NCBI GenBank assembly: GCA_965216785.1
Contig: OZ244197.1
Location: forward strand, 2,464,001 to 2,528,000
DNA: 64,000 bases
Source: Thermodesulfobacteriota bacterium
GTDB lineage: Bacteria; Desulfobacterota_D; UBA1144; Nemesobacterales; UBA2774
Direction: 5' to 3'
The position numbers were made by a program, and so were the translations under genes. Under the pieces are notes generated by a model that saw only the letters and a program-made list of their open reading frames with translations, made no database searches and was not told the DNA's origin. Shown here piece after piece: positions 10,162-20,887 of this stretch (positions within the stretch are counted from its first letter, which is position 1; the number at the start of each line of letters is the position of its first letter).

Positions 10162-12855
10162 ATGAGTGAAATAAATAACAATCTGAATGCGCTTTCTGCG
10201 CTTAAAACTTCCCAAGGAGAGGTAAAATACTACTCTCTTAATACTGTAGCCGACAAACTTGGCGCCGATCTGTCCCGCCTTCCCGTTTCAATTAAGATAC
10301 TACTGGAGAACGTTATAAGAAACTATGACGGGAAAGTAGTAAACGACGGCCACTTAGAGGCATTGGCCAAGTGGGACCCGGCCAATAAAGAGGCGCGCGA
10401 GATACCCTACAATCCGGCGCGAGTAATACTCCAGGACTTCACCGGAGTGCCCTGTGTTGTGGACCTTGCCGCGATGAGGGCAATCGTTAACAATCTCGGT
10501 GACGACCCAAGCAAGATAAACCCTATCGTCCCGGTAGACCTGGTGATAGACCACTCGGTGCAGGTCGACTATTTTGGCGCACACGACGCGTTTAAGCGTA
10601 ACGTGGAGCGCGAGTACGAGCGTAACGGCGAAAGATACGCGTTTTTACGCTGGGCACAAAAAGCGTTTAATAACTTCAGGGTAGTGCCGCCCGGAACAGG
10701 CATCGTACACCAGGTAAACCTCGAATGCCTCGCAAGCGTAGTAGGCTCAAAGCAAGTTGGCGGCGAGACCGTTGCTTTCCCGGATACACTGGTGGGTACA
10801 GACTCTCACACCACAATGATAAACGGCCTGAGCGTACTCGGATGGGGAGTAGGCGGCATTGAAGCCGAGGCATGTATGCTGGGGCAGCCGCTCTACATGC
10901 TGGTTCCGGACGTTATAGGATTTAAGCTGCACGGCGAGCTCGCAGAAGGAGTCACAGCGACAGACCTCGTGCTCACTGTTACTGAAATGCTTAGGAAAAA
11001 AGGTGTGGTTGGAAAATTCGTTGAGTTCTATGGCCCCGGGCTAAGCCAATTGGCGCTTTCGGACAAAGCAACTATCGCGAATATGGCCCCTGAATACGGC
11101 GCTACTATGGGATTCTTCCCCGTAGACGAAGAGAACCTCCGCTATCTCAAAATCACCGGTAGAGACAAAGAGCTGGTTGAGCTGGTGGAAGCATATACGA
11201 AAGAGCAGGGACTGTTCAGAACCGATGATACTCCGGACCCCGTTTACACAGATTCACTTGAGCTGGACATATCCACTGTTGAGCCTTCCATGGCCGGACC
11301 GAGCCGTCCGCAGGACCGTGTATCGCTTAAAGAGTTAAAGCCCTCTTACGAGAGCGTGCTTAAAGAAAAAGCAGGCGCGGACGTTGAGATAAATAAAAAA
11401 GTGGATATCGATATGGAGGGTAAGCCCGCAGAGGTAGGAAACGGATCGGTGGCCATAGCCGCCATAACGAGCTGCACTAATACATCAAACCCCTCTGTAA
11501 TGATAGCCTCAGGGCTCGTCGCTAAAAAAGCTGTCGAGAAAGGGCTTAGCGTTAACCCCTCAGTGAAGACAAGTCTCGCTCCGGGCTCAAGGGTGGTTAC
11601 CGATTACCTGGACGCGGCTGATCTTACCAAATATCTGGATCAGCTGGGCTTTGATCTTGTAGGTTACGGCTGCACTACCTGCATCGGCAACAGCGGGCCG
11701 CTGCCTGAAGCTGTGGAAGAGGCCATTAAAAATAACGATCTCACGGTAGCGGCGGTACTCAGCGGAAACAGAAATTTCGAAGGGCGCGTTCACCCATTTG
11801 TAAAATTCTCATACCTGGCGTCTCCACCGTTGGTTGTAGCTTTCGCTCTTGCGGGCAGCGTTGACATCGACGTTTATAACGAGCCTATAGGACAGGGCTC
11901 GGACGGACAGGACGTATATCTAAAGGACATTTGGCCTACACAGCAAGAAGTGCGGGACACGGTAGAGAAAGTACTAAACCCAGAGATTTTCAGAGCTCAG
12001 TACTCAACGGTATTTGACGGCGATGAAACGTGGCAGTCACTTCCTGTACCTGAAGGCAACCTCTATGACTGGAACGAGGGCTCGACGTATATAAGAGAGC
12101 CTAATTTCTTTGACGATTTTTCACTTGAGCTCCCCGAAACAACAGACATAAAAGGTGCGCACGTGCTGGCGCTGCTTGGGCATTCGATTACGACAGACCA
12201 CATATCGCCCGCAGGCTCCATCCCTACAGACGGCCCCGCAGGCCGTTATCTTATAGAAAAAGGCGTAGAGCCCCGAGAGTTCAACAGCTTTGGCTCGAGG
12301 AGAGGAAACCACGAGGTAATGGTAAGGGGAACATTCGCCAACATTCGCATTAAAAACCTGTTGATAGAAGGCTCTGAGGGAGGCGTCACTAAACACGTGC
12401 CCACAAACGAGGAGCTATCGATTTATGAAGCCGCCACTATGTATCAAAAAGAAAGCACCCCGCTCGTAGTAATCGGCGGGAAGGAGTACGGAACTGGAAG
12501 CTCTCGCGACTGGGCAGCCAAGGGAACGAACCTGCTCGGCGTAAAAGCGGTAATAGCTGAGAGCTTTGAGAGGATTCACAGAAGCAACCTCGTAGGCATG
12601 GGAGTGCTGCCCCTTCAATTTAAGGAAGGTGAAAGCGCAGAGACTTACGGTATTACGGGGCATGAGATTATAGATATAGACGGAATAGCGCAGGGGCTTA
12701 CGCCGGGGAAGGAAATTATGGTTAAAGCTACAAGCCCGGACGGAGGAGAAGTGCCGTTCCCGGTAATATGCCGTCTGGACAGCCCGGTTGAAGTAGATTA
12801 CTACAAAAACGGGGGCATATTGCAGACAGTACTGAGACAAATGATTGCGAATTAG
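10162..12855 (+). CDS. acnA: Aconitate hydratase A
   Basis: [43 protein letters not shown]. Confidence 0.97.
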   Translation: MSEINNNLNALSALKTSQGEVKYYSLNTVADKLGADLSRLPVSIKILLENVIRNYDGKVVNDGHLEALAKWDPANKEAREIPYNPARVILQDFTGVPCVVDLAAMRAIVNNLGDDPSKINPIVPVDLVIDHSVQVDYFGAHDAFKRNVEREYERNGERYAFLRWAQKAFNNFRVVPPGTGIVHQVNLECLASVVGSKQVGGETVAFPDTLVGTDSHTTMINGLSVLGWGVGGIEAEACMLGQPLYMLVPDVIGFKLHGELAEGVTATDLVLTVTEMLRKKGVVGKFVEFYGPGLSQLALSDKATIANMAPEYGATMGFFPVDEENLRYLKITGRDKELVELVEAYTKEQGLFRTDDTPDPVYTDSLELDISTVEPSMAGPSRPQDRVSLKELKPSYESVLKEKAGADVEINKKVDIDMEGKPAEVGNGSVAIAAITSCTNTSNPSVMIASGLVAKKAVEKGLSVNPSVKTSLAPGSRVVTDYLDAADLTKYLDQLGFDLVGYGCTTCIGNSGPLPEAVEEAIKNNDLTVAAVLSGNRNFEGRVHPFVKFSYLASPPLVVAFALAGSVDIDVYNEPIGQGSDGQDVYLKDIWPTQQEVRDTVEKVLNPEIFRAQYSTVFDGDETWQSLPVPEGNLYDWNEGSTYIREPNFFDDFSLELPETTDIKGAHVLALLGHSITTDHISPAGSIPTDGPAGRYLIEKGVEPREFNSFGSRRGNHEVMVRGTFANIRIKNLLIEGSEGGVTKHVPTNEELSIYEAATMYQKESTPLVVIGGKEYGTGSSRDWAAKGTNLLGVKAVIAESFERIHRSNLVGMGVLPLQFKEGESAETYGITGHEIIDIDGIAQGLTPGKEIMVKATSPDGGEVPFPVICRLDSPVEVDYYKNGGILQTVLRQMIAN

Positions 12856-13039
12856 CGTAAACCCGCTCAGAGCGCAGTTTCAATTAAGATTCGCAATCTG
12901 CCACTTAAATGGGTGAAGTGAGCAAAGCAATAACATGCAATCAAGCATCTTAATGTACGCATATGCTTAGTGCACATTTGATATTTAGTACAGTTTGTTT
13001 ATATTTTGACACGAAAAATTAAATAGATAGGAGTAAAGA

Positions 13040-14287
13040 ATGCCAGTTGAAAAACCCGCAGAGGGTAGAAAGATCGAAATCGATCACGATAATGAAAGAT
13101 TGATAGTGCCCGACAACCCTATAATCCCTTTTATAGAAGGAGACGGAATAGGGCCGGATATTTGGAACGCGTCCCAGATTGTATTCGACGCCGCAGTGGA
13201 AAAAGCTTACGGCGGGGCCAAGAAAATAGCTTGGCACGAAGTACTTACGGGCGAAAAAGCATATGAGACAAAAGGGGAGTGGCTTCCCGAAGAGACGCTT
13301 GAGGATTTAAGGGAATACACTGTATCCATAAAGGGGCCGCTTACAACGCCTATTGGCGGTGGCATCAGGAGCTTAAACGTAGCTCTGAGACAGCTCCTTG
13401 ACTTATACGCTTGCGTGCGCCCGGTGCGTTATATTAAAGGCACCCCTTCACCCGTAAAGAACCCTGAGGCAATGGATATGATTATCTTCAGGGAAAACAC
13501 TGAGGACGTGTACTCTGGAATAGAATGGCAGAGCGGCAGCAAAGAAGCTATTGAAATCCGAAACTACCTGGTAGAGAAGTACGGCGTGAATATCAGAGAG
13601 GGATCGGGTATAGGCATAAAACCGATCAGCCCCTTCGGCAGCAAGAGACTTGTTAGAAAAGCGATAAAACACGCATTACATAAGGGAATAGACAGCGTTA
13701 CGCTCGTTCATAAAGGGAATATAATGAAATATACCGAGGGAGCATTCAGAGACTGGGGATATGAGATCGCAAAAGAAGAATTCCCAAGTACAACGGTTTC
13801 AGAAGACGATCTCTGGGATAAGTATGACGGCAAGACGCCTGAGGGCGCTGTTGTGATTAAGGACAGGATTGCCGACAATATGCTTCAGCAGATACTAACC
13901 AGAACGAAGGACTATAAGGTAATCGCGACACCAAACCTAAACGGTGATTATCTCTCCGACGCCTGCGCCGCGCAGGTGGGAGGGCTGGGAATGGCCCCCG
14001 GAGCCAACATAGGGGACTATCTTGCGCTCTTTGAGGCGACTCACGGCACGGCCCCGAAATACGCGGGACAGGACAAGGTAAACCCAAGCTCCGTAATACT
14101 CTCAGGGGTAATGATGTTCGAGTACCTGGGCTGGGACGAGGCTTCCGAGCTAATTATTAAAGCGATGGAAAAAACCATACTCGATAAAACTGTGACGTAC
14201 GATCTGGAACGTCAGCTCGATGGGGCTACTCTTCTCAGCTGTTCACAGTTCGGCGAGGCGATTGCCGAGAATATGGACAAGGTATAA
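13040..14287 (+). CDS. icd: Isocitrate dehydrogenase (prokaryotic homodimeric type)
   Basis: [33 protein letters not shown]. Confidence 0.96.
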   Translation: MPVEKPAEGRKIEIDHDNERLIVPDNPIIPFIEGDGIGPDIWNASQIVFDAAVEKAYGGAKKIAWHEVLTGEKAYETKGEWLPEETLEDLREYTVSIKGPLTTPIGGGIRSLNVALRQLLDLYACVRPVRYIKGTPSPVKNPEAMDMIIFRENTEDVYSGIEWQSGSKEAIEIRNYLVEKYGVNIREGSGIGIKPISPFGSKRLVRKAIKHALHKGIDSVTLVHKGNIMKYTEGAFRDWGYEIAKEEFPSTTVSEDDLWDKYDGKTPEGAVVIKDRIADNMLQQILTRTKDYKVIATPNLNGDYLSDACAAQVGGLGMAPGANIGDYLALFEATHGTAPKYAGQDKVNPSSVILSGVMMFEYLGWDEASELIIKAMEKTILDKTVTYDLERQLDGATLLSCSQFGEAIAENMDKV

Positions 14288-14358
14288 GCAATAAGATAAG
14301 CAAACAAACGATGGGGACAATTGGATTTATCCCTAAAATAAAAACAAGGAGCAGTTAA

Positions 14359-15306
14359 ATGAGCAGAAGCAGACCTAAAATTTCGGTCATAGGCGCAGGA
14401 AACGTAGGCGCATCGACCGCACTCATGCTCGCAGGACTAGAGCACGGAGACATAGTACTTGTGGATATCGTAGATGGCATGCCCCAGGGCAAGGCTCTTG
14501 ATATGATGGAAATGAACCCGGTTCTCGGCTGGGACTCAATTATCACAGGCACGAACAATTACGAAGACACCGCAGGCTCAGACATCGTGGTTATCACTTC
14601 AGGTATACCGCGTAAGCCCGGCATGAGCCGCGACGACCTTATATCCACCAACACGGCGATTGTGAAGCAGGTAACTGAGAATGTAGCCAAAACTTCTCCT
14701 AACGCTATTCTGATACTAGTAACGAACCCTCTTGACGCTATGGTCTACGTAGCACATAAAATTAGCGGATTTCCGAAAGAAAGGGTCATGGGTATGGCCG
14801 GAGCGCTCGATTCAGCCAGGTTCTCGGCGTTTATCGCCATGGAGCTTGACGTATCGGTAGAGAACATAAACGCGTTTGTTCTTGGCGGGCATGGAGACGA
14901 CATGGTGCCTCTAGAGAAGTACACCACCGTAGCTGGCGTTCCGATCACTGAGCTTATGCCAAGGGACAGAGTCGAATCCATTATCCAGAGAACAAGAGGC
15001 GGAGGCGGCGAGATCGTAAAGCTTCTTAAGACAGGAAGCGCGTTCTATGCCCCGGCGGCATCGGCTGTTGAGATGGTTGAGGCCATACTAAAAGATAAGA
15101 AGAAAATCATCCCCTCCTGTGTATTGGCAGAGGGCGAGTACGGCATTGAAAGCACGTTCGTCGGTCTTCCCGTGAAGCTTGGCAGAGCTGGAGTCGAAGA
15201 GATCTTGCAAATCGATCTTTCTGACGAAGAGAAAAAGGCGCTTCACGTGTCTGCAGGCCACGTAAAAGAGCTCTGTGAGCACATAGAAAGCATGGGAATT
15301 TTGTAA
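14359..15306 (+). CDS. mdh: Malate dehydrogenase (LDH-like)
   Basis: [33 protein letters not shown]. Confidence 0.96.
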   Translation: MSRSRPKISVIGAGNVGASTALMLAGLEHGDIVLVDIVDGMPQGKALDMMEMNPVLGWDSIITGTNNYEDTAGSDIVVITSGIPRKPGMSRDDLISTNTAIVKQVTENVAKTSPNAILILVTNPLDAMVYVAHKISGFPKERVMGMAGALDSARFSAFIAMELDVSVENINAFVLGGHGDDMVPLEKYTTVAGVPITELMPRDRVESIIQRTRGGGGEIVKLLKTGSAFYAPAASAVEMVEAILKDKKKIIPSCVLAEGEYGIESTFVGLPVKLGRAGVEEILQIDLSDEEKKALHVSAGHVKELCEHIESMGIL

Positions 15307-15323
15307 GTTTCCAATTAATTTAC

Positions 15324-15352
15324 TTGACTAGATTTAGGTCTTAATATAACAT
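15324..15352 (+). promoter_or_regulatory. Putative sigma70 promoter of the sdh-sucC operon
   Basis: TTGACT-17 nt-TAACAT in the mdh-sdh intergenic region. Confidence 0.5.
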
Positions 15353-15426
15353 TACAGGCCTGATTTTTCAGTGTTATTTCTGACCATAAACTAGTATTAA
15401 ACAGTAACATTCAGGGAGGAATTCTA

Positions 15427-16158
15427 ATGGCAAACGGGACTGCGCAGAGCGGGATAACTCTGAGGCGGGACAATTGGTGGGTTGGACCACTAATCACAGC
15501 ATGCGTGCTTGGCGCATTCGGCATATACTCAACATGGCGCGCATTCGCAAACGTTGACTTTTTGGTACAGCCCTATCTTTCACCATTCTATTCACCTTAC
15601 ATACTGGCCTCATGGTGGCCTTTCTCTCCGGCTCTATTGATACTCTGGGCACCGCTCGGGTTCAGGGCCACGTGTTACTACTACAGAAAAGCGTATTACC
15701 GCTCGTTCTTCATGGCGCCCCCGGCCTGCGCTGTAAAGCCGCTTGCCAAGGAAGGCTCCTATAAGGGCGAGACATCTATGCCTTTCATCTTACAGAACAT
15801 TCACCGCTACTTTTTCTACGCCGCGGCTGTTGTGCTGTTTTTCCTCTGGGTGGACGCGTTTCACGCGCTCTGGTTCGAAGACGGATTTGGTATCGGCGTA
15901 GGCACCATCGTGCTCTTCGTAAACGTAGTGCTGCTCAGTATGTACTCACTGTCCTGTCATTCTTACAGACACCTAGTGGGCGGTAAGCTCAACGTGTTCT
16001 CGGCTTGCCCCAGGCGTTTTATGATATGGAGCAGAGTGAGTGTTTGGAACGAGCGCCATATGATGTGGGCATGGCTAAGCCTTTTCAGCGTCGCGCTCGC
16101 TGATCTTTATATATTCCTTTTGGCCAAAGGCGTAATCACAGATTTGAGGTTGATATAA
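15427..16158 (+). CDS. Succinate dehydrogenase membrane anchor, mycobacterial Sdh1 (Rv0249c)-like
   Basis: Several hydrophobic helices; YLSPFYSP, FRATCYYYRKAYYR, QNIHRY, SCHSYRH and HMMWAW motifs; directly upstream of sdhA. Confidence 0.8.
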   Translation: MANGTAQSGITLRRDNWWVGPLITACVLGAFGIYSTWRAFANVDFLVQPYLSPFYSPYILASWWPFSPALLILWAPLGFRATCYYYRKAYYRSFFMAPPACAVKPLAKEGSYKGETSMPFILQNIHRYFFYAAAVVLFFLWVDAFHALWFEDGFGIGVGTIVLFVNVVLLSMYSLSCHSYRHLVGGKLNVFSACPRRFMIWSRVSVWNERHMMWAWLSLFSVALADLYIFLLAKGVITDLRLI

Positions 16159-17883
16159 ATGGAAAAGTTCGAGACTCATAAACACGATGTATTGGTAATT
16201 GGCGCAGGCGGAGCAGGCCTGAGGGCCGCAATAGAAGCTTCCGCACGCGGAGCGTCCGTAGGGCTTGTGTGCAAGTCGCTGCTCGGAAAGGCGCATACGG
16301 TTATGGCCGAGGGCGGAGTCGCCGCAGCGCTCGCGAACGTTGACCCTGATGACGGCTGGAAAACTCACTTCCATGATACAATGCACGGCGGGAAGCTGCT
16401 GAACAACTGGCGCATGGCTCAGCTGCACGCCCAGGAAGCCCCTGAGAGGGTACTGGAGCTAGAGCACTGGGGGGCGCTTTTTGACAGAACTAAACAAGGA
16501 AAAATAAACCAGAGAGCATTCGGCGGACACACCTGGAAAAGACTCGCGCACGTTGGCGACCGCACAGGGCTGGAGATGATCCGCACCCTTCAGGACAAGG
16601 GCATACACACAGGTATGGAAGTATATATGGAATGCACCATTACGCATCTCCTAAAAGACGGAGAGCGCATCGCCGGGGCATTCGGATACTGGAGAGAGAG
16701 CGGTCGTTTTGTGCTCTTTCAGGCAAAATCAATAATCCTCGCAACCGGAGGAATCGGCAAATCCTTTAAGGTAACTTCAAACTCCTGGGAGTACACGGGG
16801 GACGGTCACGCTCTTGCTTACGATGCTGGAGCGGACCTGATAGACATGGAGTTTGTACAGTTCCACCCCACAGGCATGGTATGGCCTCCGAGTGTGAAGG
16901 GCATACTAGTGACCGAGGCCGTAAGAGGAGAGGGCGGTATTCTAACTAACAGAGAAGGCGAAAGGTTTATGGAAAAATACGACCCCGAGCGCATGGAGCT
17001 GTCCACAAGGGACGTTGTGGCAAGATCTATTTACACTGAGGTGCTCGAAGGCAGGGGATCACCCCACGGCGGGGCGTTCCTCAACATTTCCCACAGGGGA
17101 GCGGATTACGTAAAGAAAAAACTCCCGAGCATGTATCATCAGTTTAAGGAGTTCGCTGAAATAGATATAACCAAAGAGCCTATGGAAGTGTTCCCCACAA
17201 CCCACTATGTAATGGGCGGAGTCAGGGTGGACGCGGAAACCGCCGGCAGCACTGTTCCCGGTCTGTTCGCTGCGGGAGAAGTCGCTGGCGGAATGCACGG
17301 CGCCAACAGACTCGGCGGGAACTCCCTATCTGACCTCCTGGTTTTCGGACGTAGAGCCGGCATGGGGGCAGCGGATTACGCAAATGAGATTAGCGACAAC
17401 AGCCTCAACATTAATGACACTCAAGTAGAAGAAGCAGTTAAAGAAATGCTTGAGCCCTTTGAAAACCCCGAGGGCGAGAACCCTTATACGATTCACCAGG
17501 CGCTTCAAGAAGCCATGGGGGAATACGTAGGTGTTTTCCGTACTCATGAAAAAATAAGCGAGGGCGTAGAAGAGCTTGAAATATTAAAGGAAAGGGCCGT
17601 GACTCTTAAAATAGAAGGCTCGAGGATGTATAACCCGGGATGGCACCTGTGTAAAGACCTGAGATCGATGCTCATAGTATCTGAGGCCATTGCGCGCTGC
17701 GCGCTTCAGAGAGAGGAAAGCAGAGGGGCCCACAGCAGGGTCGATTTCCCTGAGTATGACGAGAAATGGGGAAAGGTAAATTCCGTAATTTCAAAAGACA
17801 ACGGGAACATGAAGATAGACACATCACCACTTCCTGAGATGCCTGAAGAGCTTAAGAGAATTGTTGACGGAGGATATAAATAA
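16159..17883 (+). CDS. sdhA: Succinate dehydrogenase/fumarate reductase flavoprotein subunit
   Basis: GAGGAG, AHTVMAEGG (FAD His), QFHPT, TEAVRGEG, HGANRLGGNSL, ESRGAH. Confidence 0.93.
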   Translation: MEKFETHKHDVLVIGAGGAGLRAAIEASARGASVGLVCKSLLGKAHTVMAEGGVAAALANVDPDDGWKTHFHDTMHGGKLLNNWRMAQLHAQEAPERVLELEHWGALFDRTKQGKINQRAFGGHTWKRLAHVGDRTGLEMIRTLQDKGIHTGMEVYMECTITHLLKDGERIAGAFGYWRESGRFVLFQAKSIILATGGIGKSFKVTSNSWEYTGDGHALAYDAGADLIDMEFVQFHPTGMVWPPSVKGILVTEAVRGEGGILTNREGERFMEKYDPERMELSTRDVVARSIYTEVLEGRGSPHGGAFLNISHRGADYVKKKLPSMYHQFKEFAEIDITKEPMEVFPTTHYVMGGVRVDAETAGSTVPGLFAAGEVAGGMHGANRLGGNSLSDLLVFGRRAGMGAADYANEISDNSLNINDTQVEEAVKEMLEPFENPEGENPYTIHQALQEAMGEYVGVFRTHEKISEGVEELEILKERAVTLKIEGSRMYNPGWHLCKDLRSMLIVSEAIARCALQREESRGAHSRVDFPEYDEKWGKVNSVISKDNGNMKIDTSPLPEMPEELKRIVDGGYK

Positions 17884-17884
17884 A

Positions 17885-18616
17885 ATGTCGGTAGCCAAAA
17901 TGAGAGTATACAGAGGGGACAAGGAAGGCGGCAGGGAGATGGAATACGAAGTACCTCTTGAAGAGGGCATGGTGGTACTCGATGCACTTCATTTCATACA
18001 GGCCAATTACGACGGAGATCTTGCGGTCAGATGGAACTGCAAAGCGGCAAAATGCGGCTCTTGCAGCGCTGAGATCAACGGGATGCCCGCACTTACTTGT
18101 AAGACCCGCCTGGACACTCTGCCTCTTGACAGGCCGATAACCGTGTATCCGGTAAAGACATTTCCTATAATAAAAGATCTTGTGACGGACGTTTCATGGA
18201 ACTATGAAGCCAGAAAGAAAGTACAGCCCTTCACCCCGGACCCTGATACGGACTGGATTATGTACCAGGAAGACGTGGAAAGGAGCCAGGAGTTCAGAAA
18301 ATGCATTGAGTGCTTTCTCTGCCAGAACGTCTGCCATATCCTTAGGAACCACAACAAGAAAGACGCGTTTTTCGGTCCCCGCGTAATGATAAAAATGGCC
18401 GAGCTCGAGATGCACCCGCTCGATACAGTCGACAGAAAGCCTCAGCTTCGCGGAGAGGCCGGTATCGGGTACTGCAACATCACAAAGTGCTGCACAGATG
18501 TGTGCCCAGAGGATATTCACATTACAGACAACGCAATCATACCTCTAAAGGAAAGGGTGGTCGACACGTATTTTGATCCGCTTTCCTGGCTGTTTGGAAA
18601 ATCAAAAAAAGGCTAA
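17885..18616 (+). CDS. sdhB: Succinate dehydrogenase/fumarate reductase iron-sulfur subunit
   Basis: CKAAKCGSC...C, CIECFLCQNVC, CNITKCCTDVCP; ATG 17885. Confidence 0.92.
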   Translation: MSVAKMRVYRGDKEGGREMEYEVPLEEGMVVLDALHFIQANYDGDLAVRWNCKAAKCGSCSAEINGMPALTCKTRLDTLPLDRPITVYPVKTFPIIKDLVTDVSWNYEARKKVQPFTPDPDTDWIMYQEDVERSQEFRKCIECFLCQNVCHILRNHNKKDAFFGPRVMIKMAELEMHPLDTVDRKPQLRGEAGIGYCNITKCCTDVCPEDIHITDNAIIPLKERVVDTYFDPLSWLFGKSKKG

Positions 18617-18640
18617 TATCACAGAACCGGAGAAACTAAC

Positions 18641-19801
18641 TTGAATATACACGAGTACCAGGCAAAAGAGCTTCTATCCAATTACGGGGTTTCAGTCCCG
18701 ATGGGCAAAGTCGCTTTCGACCAAGATGAAGCGCATCAGATAGCTTCAGACTTAAACACCGAGAAATATGTTGTTAAAGCGCAGATACACGCCGGCGGCA
18801 GGGGCAAGGGAGGAGGAGTAAAGCTCGCAAGCGTGCTTGAAGAGGTAAAACAGCTCGCCGAAGAGATTCTGGGCATGAACCTCGTCACCCACCAGACCGG
18901 ACCCGAAGGAAAGCTCGTTGGAAAAGTGCTCGTAGAAGAAGCTTCACAGATAGAAAAAGAGTTCTATCTCGGCATGGTAATCGACCGCTCCACAGAAAAG
19001 ATCGTAGTCATGGCAAGCCCGGAGGGCGGCGTAGAGATCGAAGAAGTTGCGAAACACAGCCCTGAGAAGATAATTAAACAGTTCGTAGATCCCACGGTTG
19101 GGCTTCTTCCTTTTCAATGCAGAGAGATCGCGTACTTTATCGGCCTACAGGGAAAAGCCGTCAACCAGGCCGTAAAGCTTATCATGGGACTATACAACGC
19201 TTTTGTAGATAACGACTGCTCACTTGCGGAGATAAACCCGCTTATTCTTACCAAAGATAACCAAGTGACAGCGCTTGACGCAAAAATGAATTTTGACGAT
19301 AACGCGCTTTTCCGCCACCCCGGCATAGAAAAGCTTCACGACCCGACAGAAGAAGACCCGACAGAGCTCGAAGCGAAAGGCTGGGGCATCAGCTACGTAA
19401 AGCTCGACGGCGACATTGGATGCCTGGTAAATGGCGCTGGTCTGGCTATGGCGACAATGGATATCATCAAGCACCACGGCGGAGAGCCCGCGAACTTCCT
19501 TGACGTAGGCGGCGGCGCCACTACAGAGCAGGTAACGCAGGCGTTTAAGATGATACTTAGCGACCCTAACGTAAAAGCCATATTCGTAAACATATTCGGC
19601 GGCATTATGAAGTGCGACACCATTGCCGAGGGCATCATAACGGCCTCAAAAGAAGTAGGAATCGAGGTTCCTCTCGTCGTAAGGCTCGAAGGCACGAACG
19701 TAGAGCTTGGAAGAGAGCTGCTCTCACAGTCGGGACTCAACATTATTACCGGAAAAGACATGCGCGAAGCTGCCGGTAAAGCCGTAGACGCGATTAAGTA
19801 A
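18641..19801 (+). CDS. sucC: Succinyl-CoA synthetase beta subunit
   Basis: MNIHEYQAK (TTG start), [33 protein letters not shown]. Confidence 0.96.
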   Translation: MNIHEYQAKELLSNYGVSVPMGKVAFDQDEAHQIASDLNTEKYVVKAQIHAGGRGKGGGVKLASVLEEVKQLAEEILGMNLVTHQTGPEGKLVGKVLVEEASQIEKEFYLGMVIDRSTEKIVVMASPEGGVEIEEVAKHSPEKIIKQFVDPTVGLLPFQCREIAYFIGLQGKAVNQAVKLIMGLYNAFVDNDCSLAEINPLILTKDNQVTALDAKMNFDDNALFRHPGIEKLHDPTEEDPTELEAKGWGISYVKLDGDIGCLVNGAGLAMATMDIIKHHGGEPANFLDVGGGATTEQVTQAFKMILSDPNVKAIFVNIFGGIMKCDTIAEGIITASKEVGIEVPLVVRLEGTNVELGRELLSQSGLNIITGKDMREAAGKAVDAIK

Positions 19802-19921
19802 TCTAATTGCATCCAAGGACAGTAAATCACCATCTAAACTGTTAACCAAGCATCCGAAATATATCAATTTAGTGTGTATAACTACCCTAAATCCAAAGAT
19901 TTATTTATTTTATATTACCCA

Positions 19922-19960
19922 TTTCACCCCCTTGACATATCGGAGATGATGATTACATAT
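19922..19960 (+). promoter_or_regulatory. Putative promoter of rpoH-dnaK (sigma32- or sigma70-type)
   Basis: TTTCACCCCCTTGACA followed by ...GATTACATAT, upstream of SD AAGGAGG. Confidence 0.4.
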
Positions 19961-19983
19961 GGTAAAGGAGGTTTAATAATATA

Positions 19984-20853
19984 ATGAAAACGCTCGCAGT
20001 AAGAGAGCCTATAAACATATTTCTTAAGGAAATTGAGAAGTATCCTGTGCTCACCAGGGAAGAGGAGTACAAGCTTGCCGTCAAGTACTATGAAGACAAG
20101 GACCTTGAGGCGGCTAACACCCTTGTTGTATCCAATCTGAGGTTTGTTGTAAAGATTGCCACAGAATACATCACGTATGGATTCGCGCTTACGGATCTAA
20201 TACAGGAAGGTACCATCGGGCTCATGAAAGCCGTTAAGAAATTTAATCCCTATAAAGGATACAGGCTTATCTCCTACGCTGTATGGTGGATTAGAGCTAA
20301 AATCCAGAACCATATCATGAAGTTCTGGAGTCATGTGAAAATCGGCACCACGCAGGCTCAAAGAAAACTGTTCCACAAAATAGGTAAAGCGAAAAAAGAG
20401 CTTAATATAGATAGCAGCGAGCTAAGCCCGAATGAGGCAAAGAGAGTGGCGGAGGTGTTCGGTGTGAAAGCCGAAGACGTCATGGACATGGAGCTCAGAA
20501 TGGCGAGCAGGGATTATTCGCTTGATTCAACAACCACAGAAGAGGGCTCAATGACCTACATGGACTCACTAGCGGACCAACATGAGAACCAGGAAGAGAT
20601 TGTCGGAAATGTAGAAAATAGTGAGCTTTTACACAAAGGTTTAACTAAGGGTCTTGAAAAACTCAACCCTCGTGAACAGCTTATAGTGGAGAGTAGATAT
20701 TTAAAGAACCCGCCTGCCAAGCTCAGGGAGCTCGGAGACGAGCTTGGGATATCCAAGGAAAGAGTTAGGCAGATTGAAGTGGGCGCTCTTAAAAAATTAA
20801 AAGGTAGCGTAGAAGCGGTTGTGACAAAGAGCACTCCGGCTCTACGAAAATAA
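19984..20853 (+). CDS. rpoH: RNA polymerase sigma-32 factor
   Basis: DLIQEGTIGLMKAV, SYAVWWIRA, RpoH box TQAQRKLFH, SKERVRQIE; adjacent to dnaK. Confidence 0.9.
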   Translation: MKTLAVREPINIFLKEIEKYPVLTREEEYKLAVKYYEDKDLEAANTLVVSNLRFVVKIATEYITYGFALTDLIQEGTIGLMKAVKKFNPYKGYRLISYAVWWIRAKIQNHIMKFWSHVKIGTTQAQRKLFHKIGKAKKELNIDSSELSPNEAKRVAEVFGVKAEDVMDMELRMASRDYSLDSTTTEEGSMTYMDSLADQHENQEEIVGNVENSELLHKGLTKGLEKLNPREQLIVESRYLKNPPAKLRELGDELGISKERVRQIEVGALKKLKGSVEAVVTKSTPALRK

Positions 20854-20887
20854 AAAAAGAATATAAAAGATTTGGAGGCTACATATT

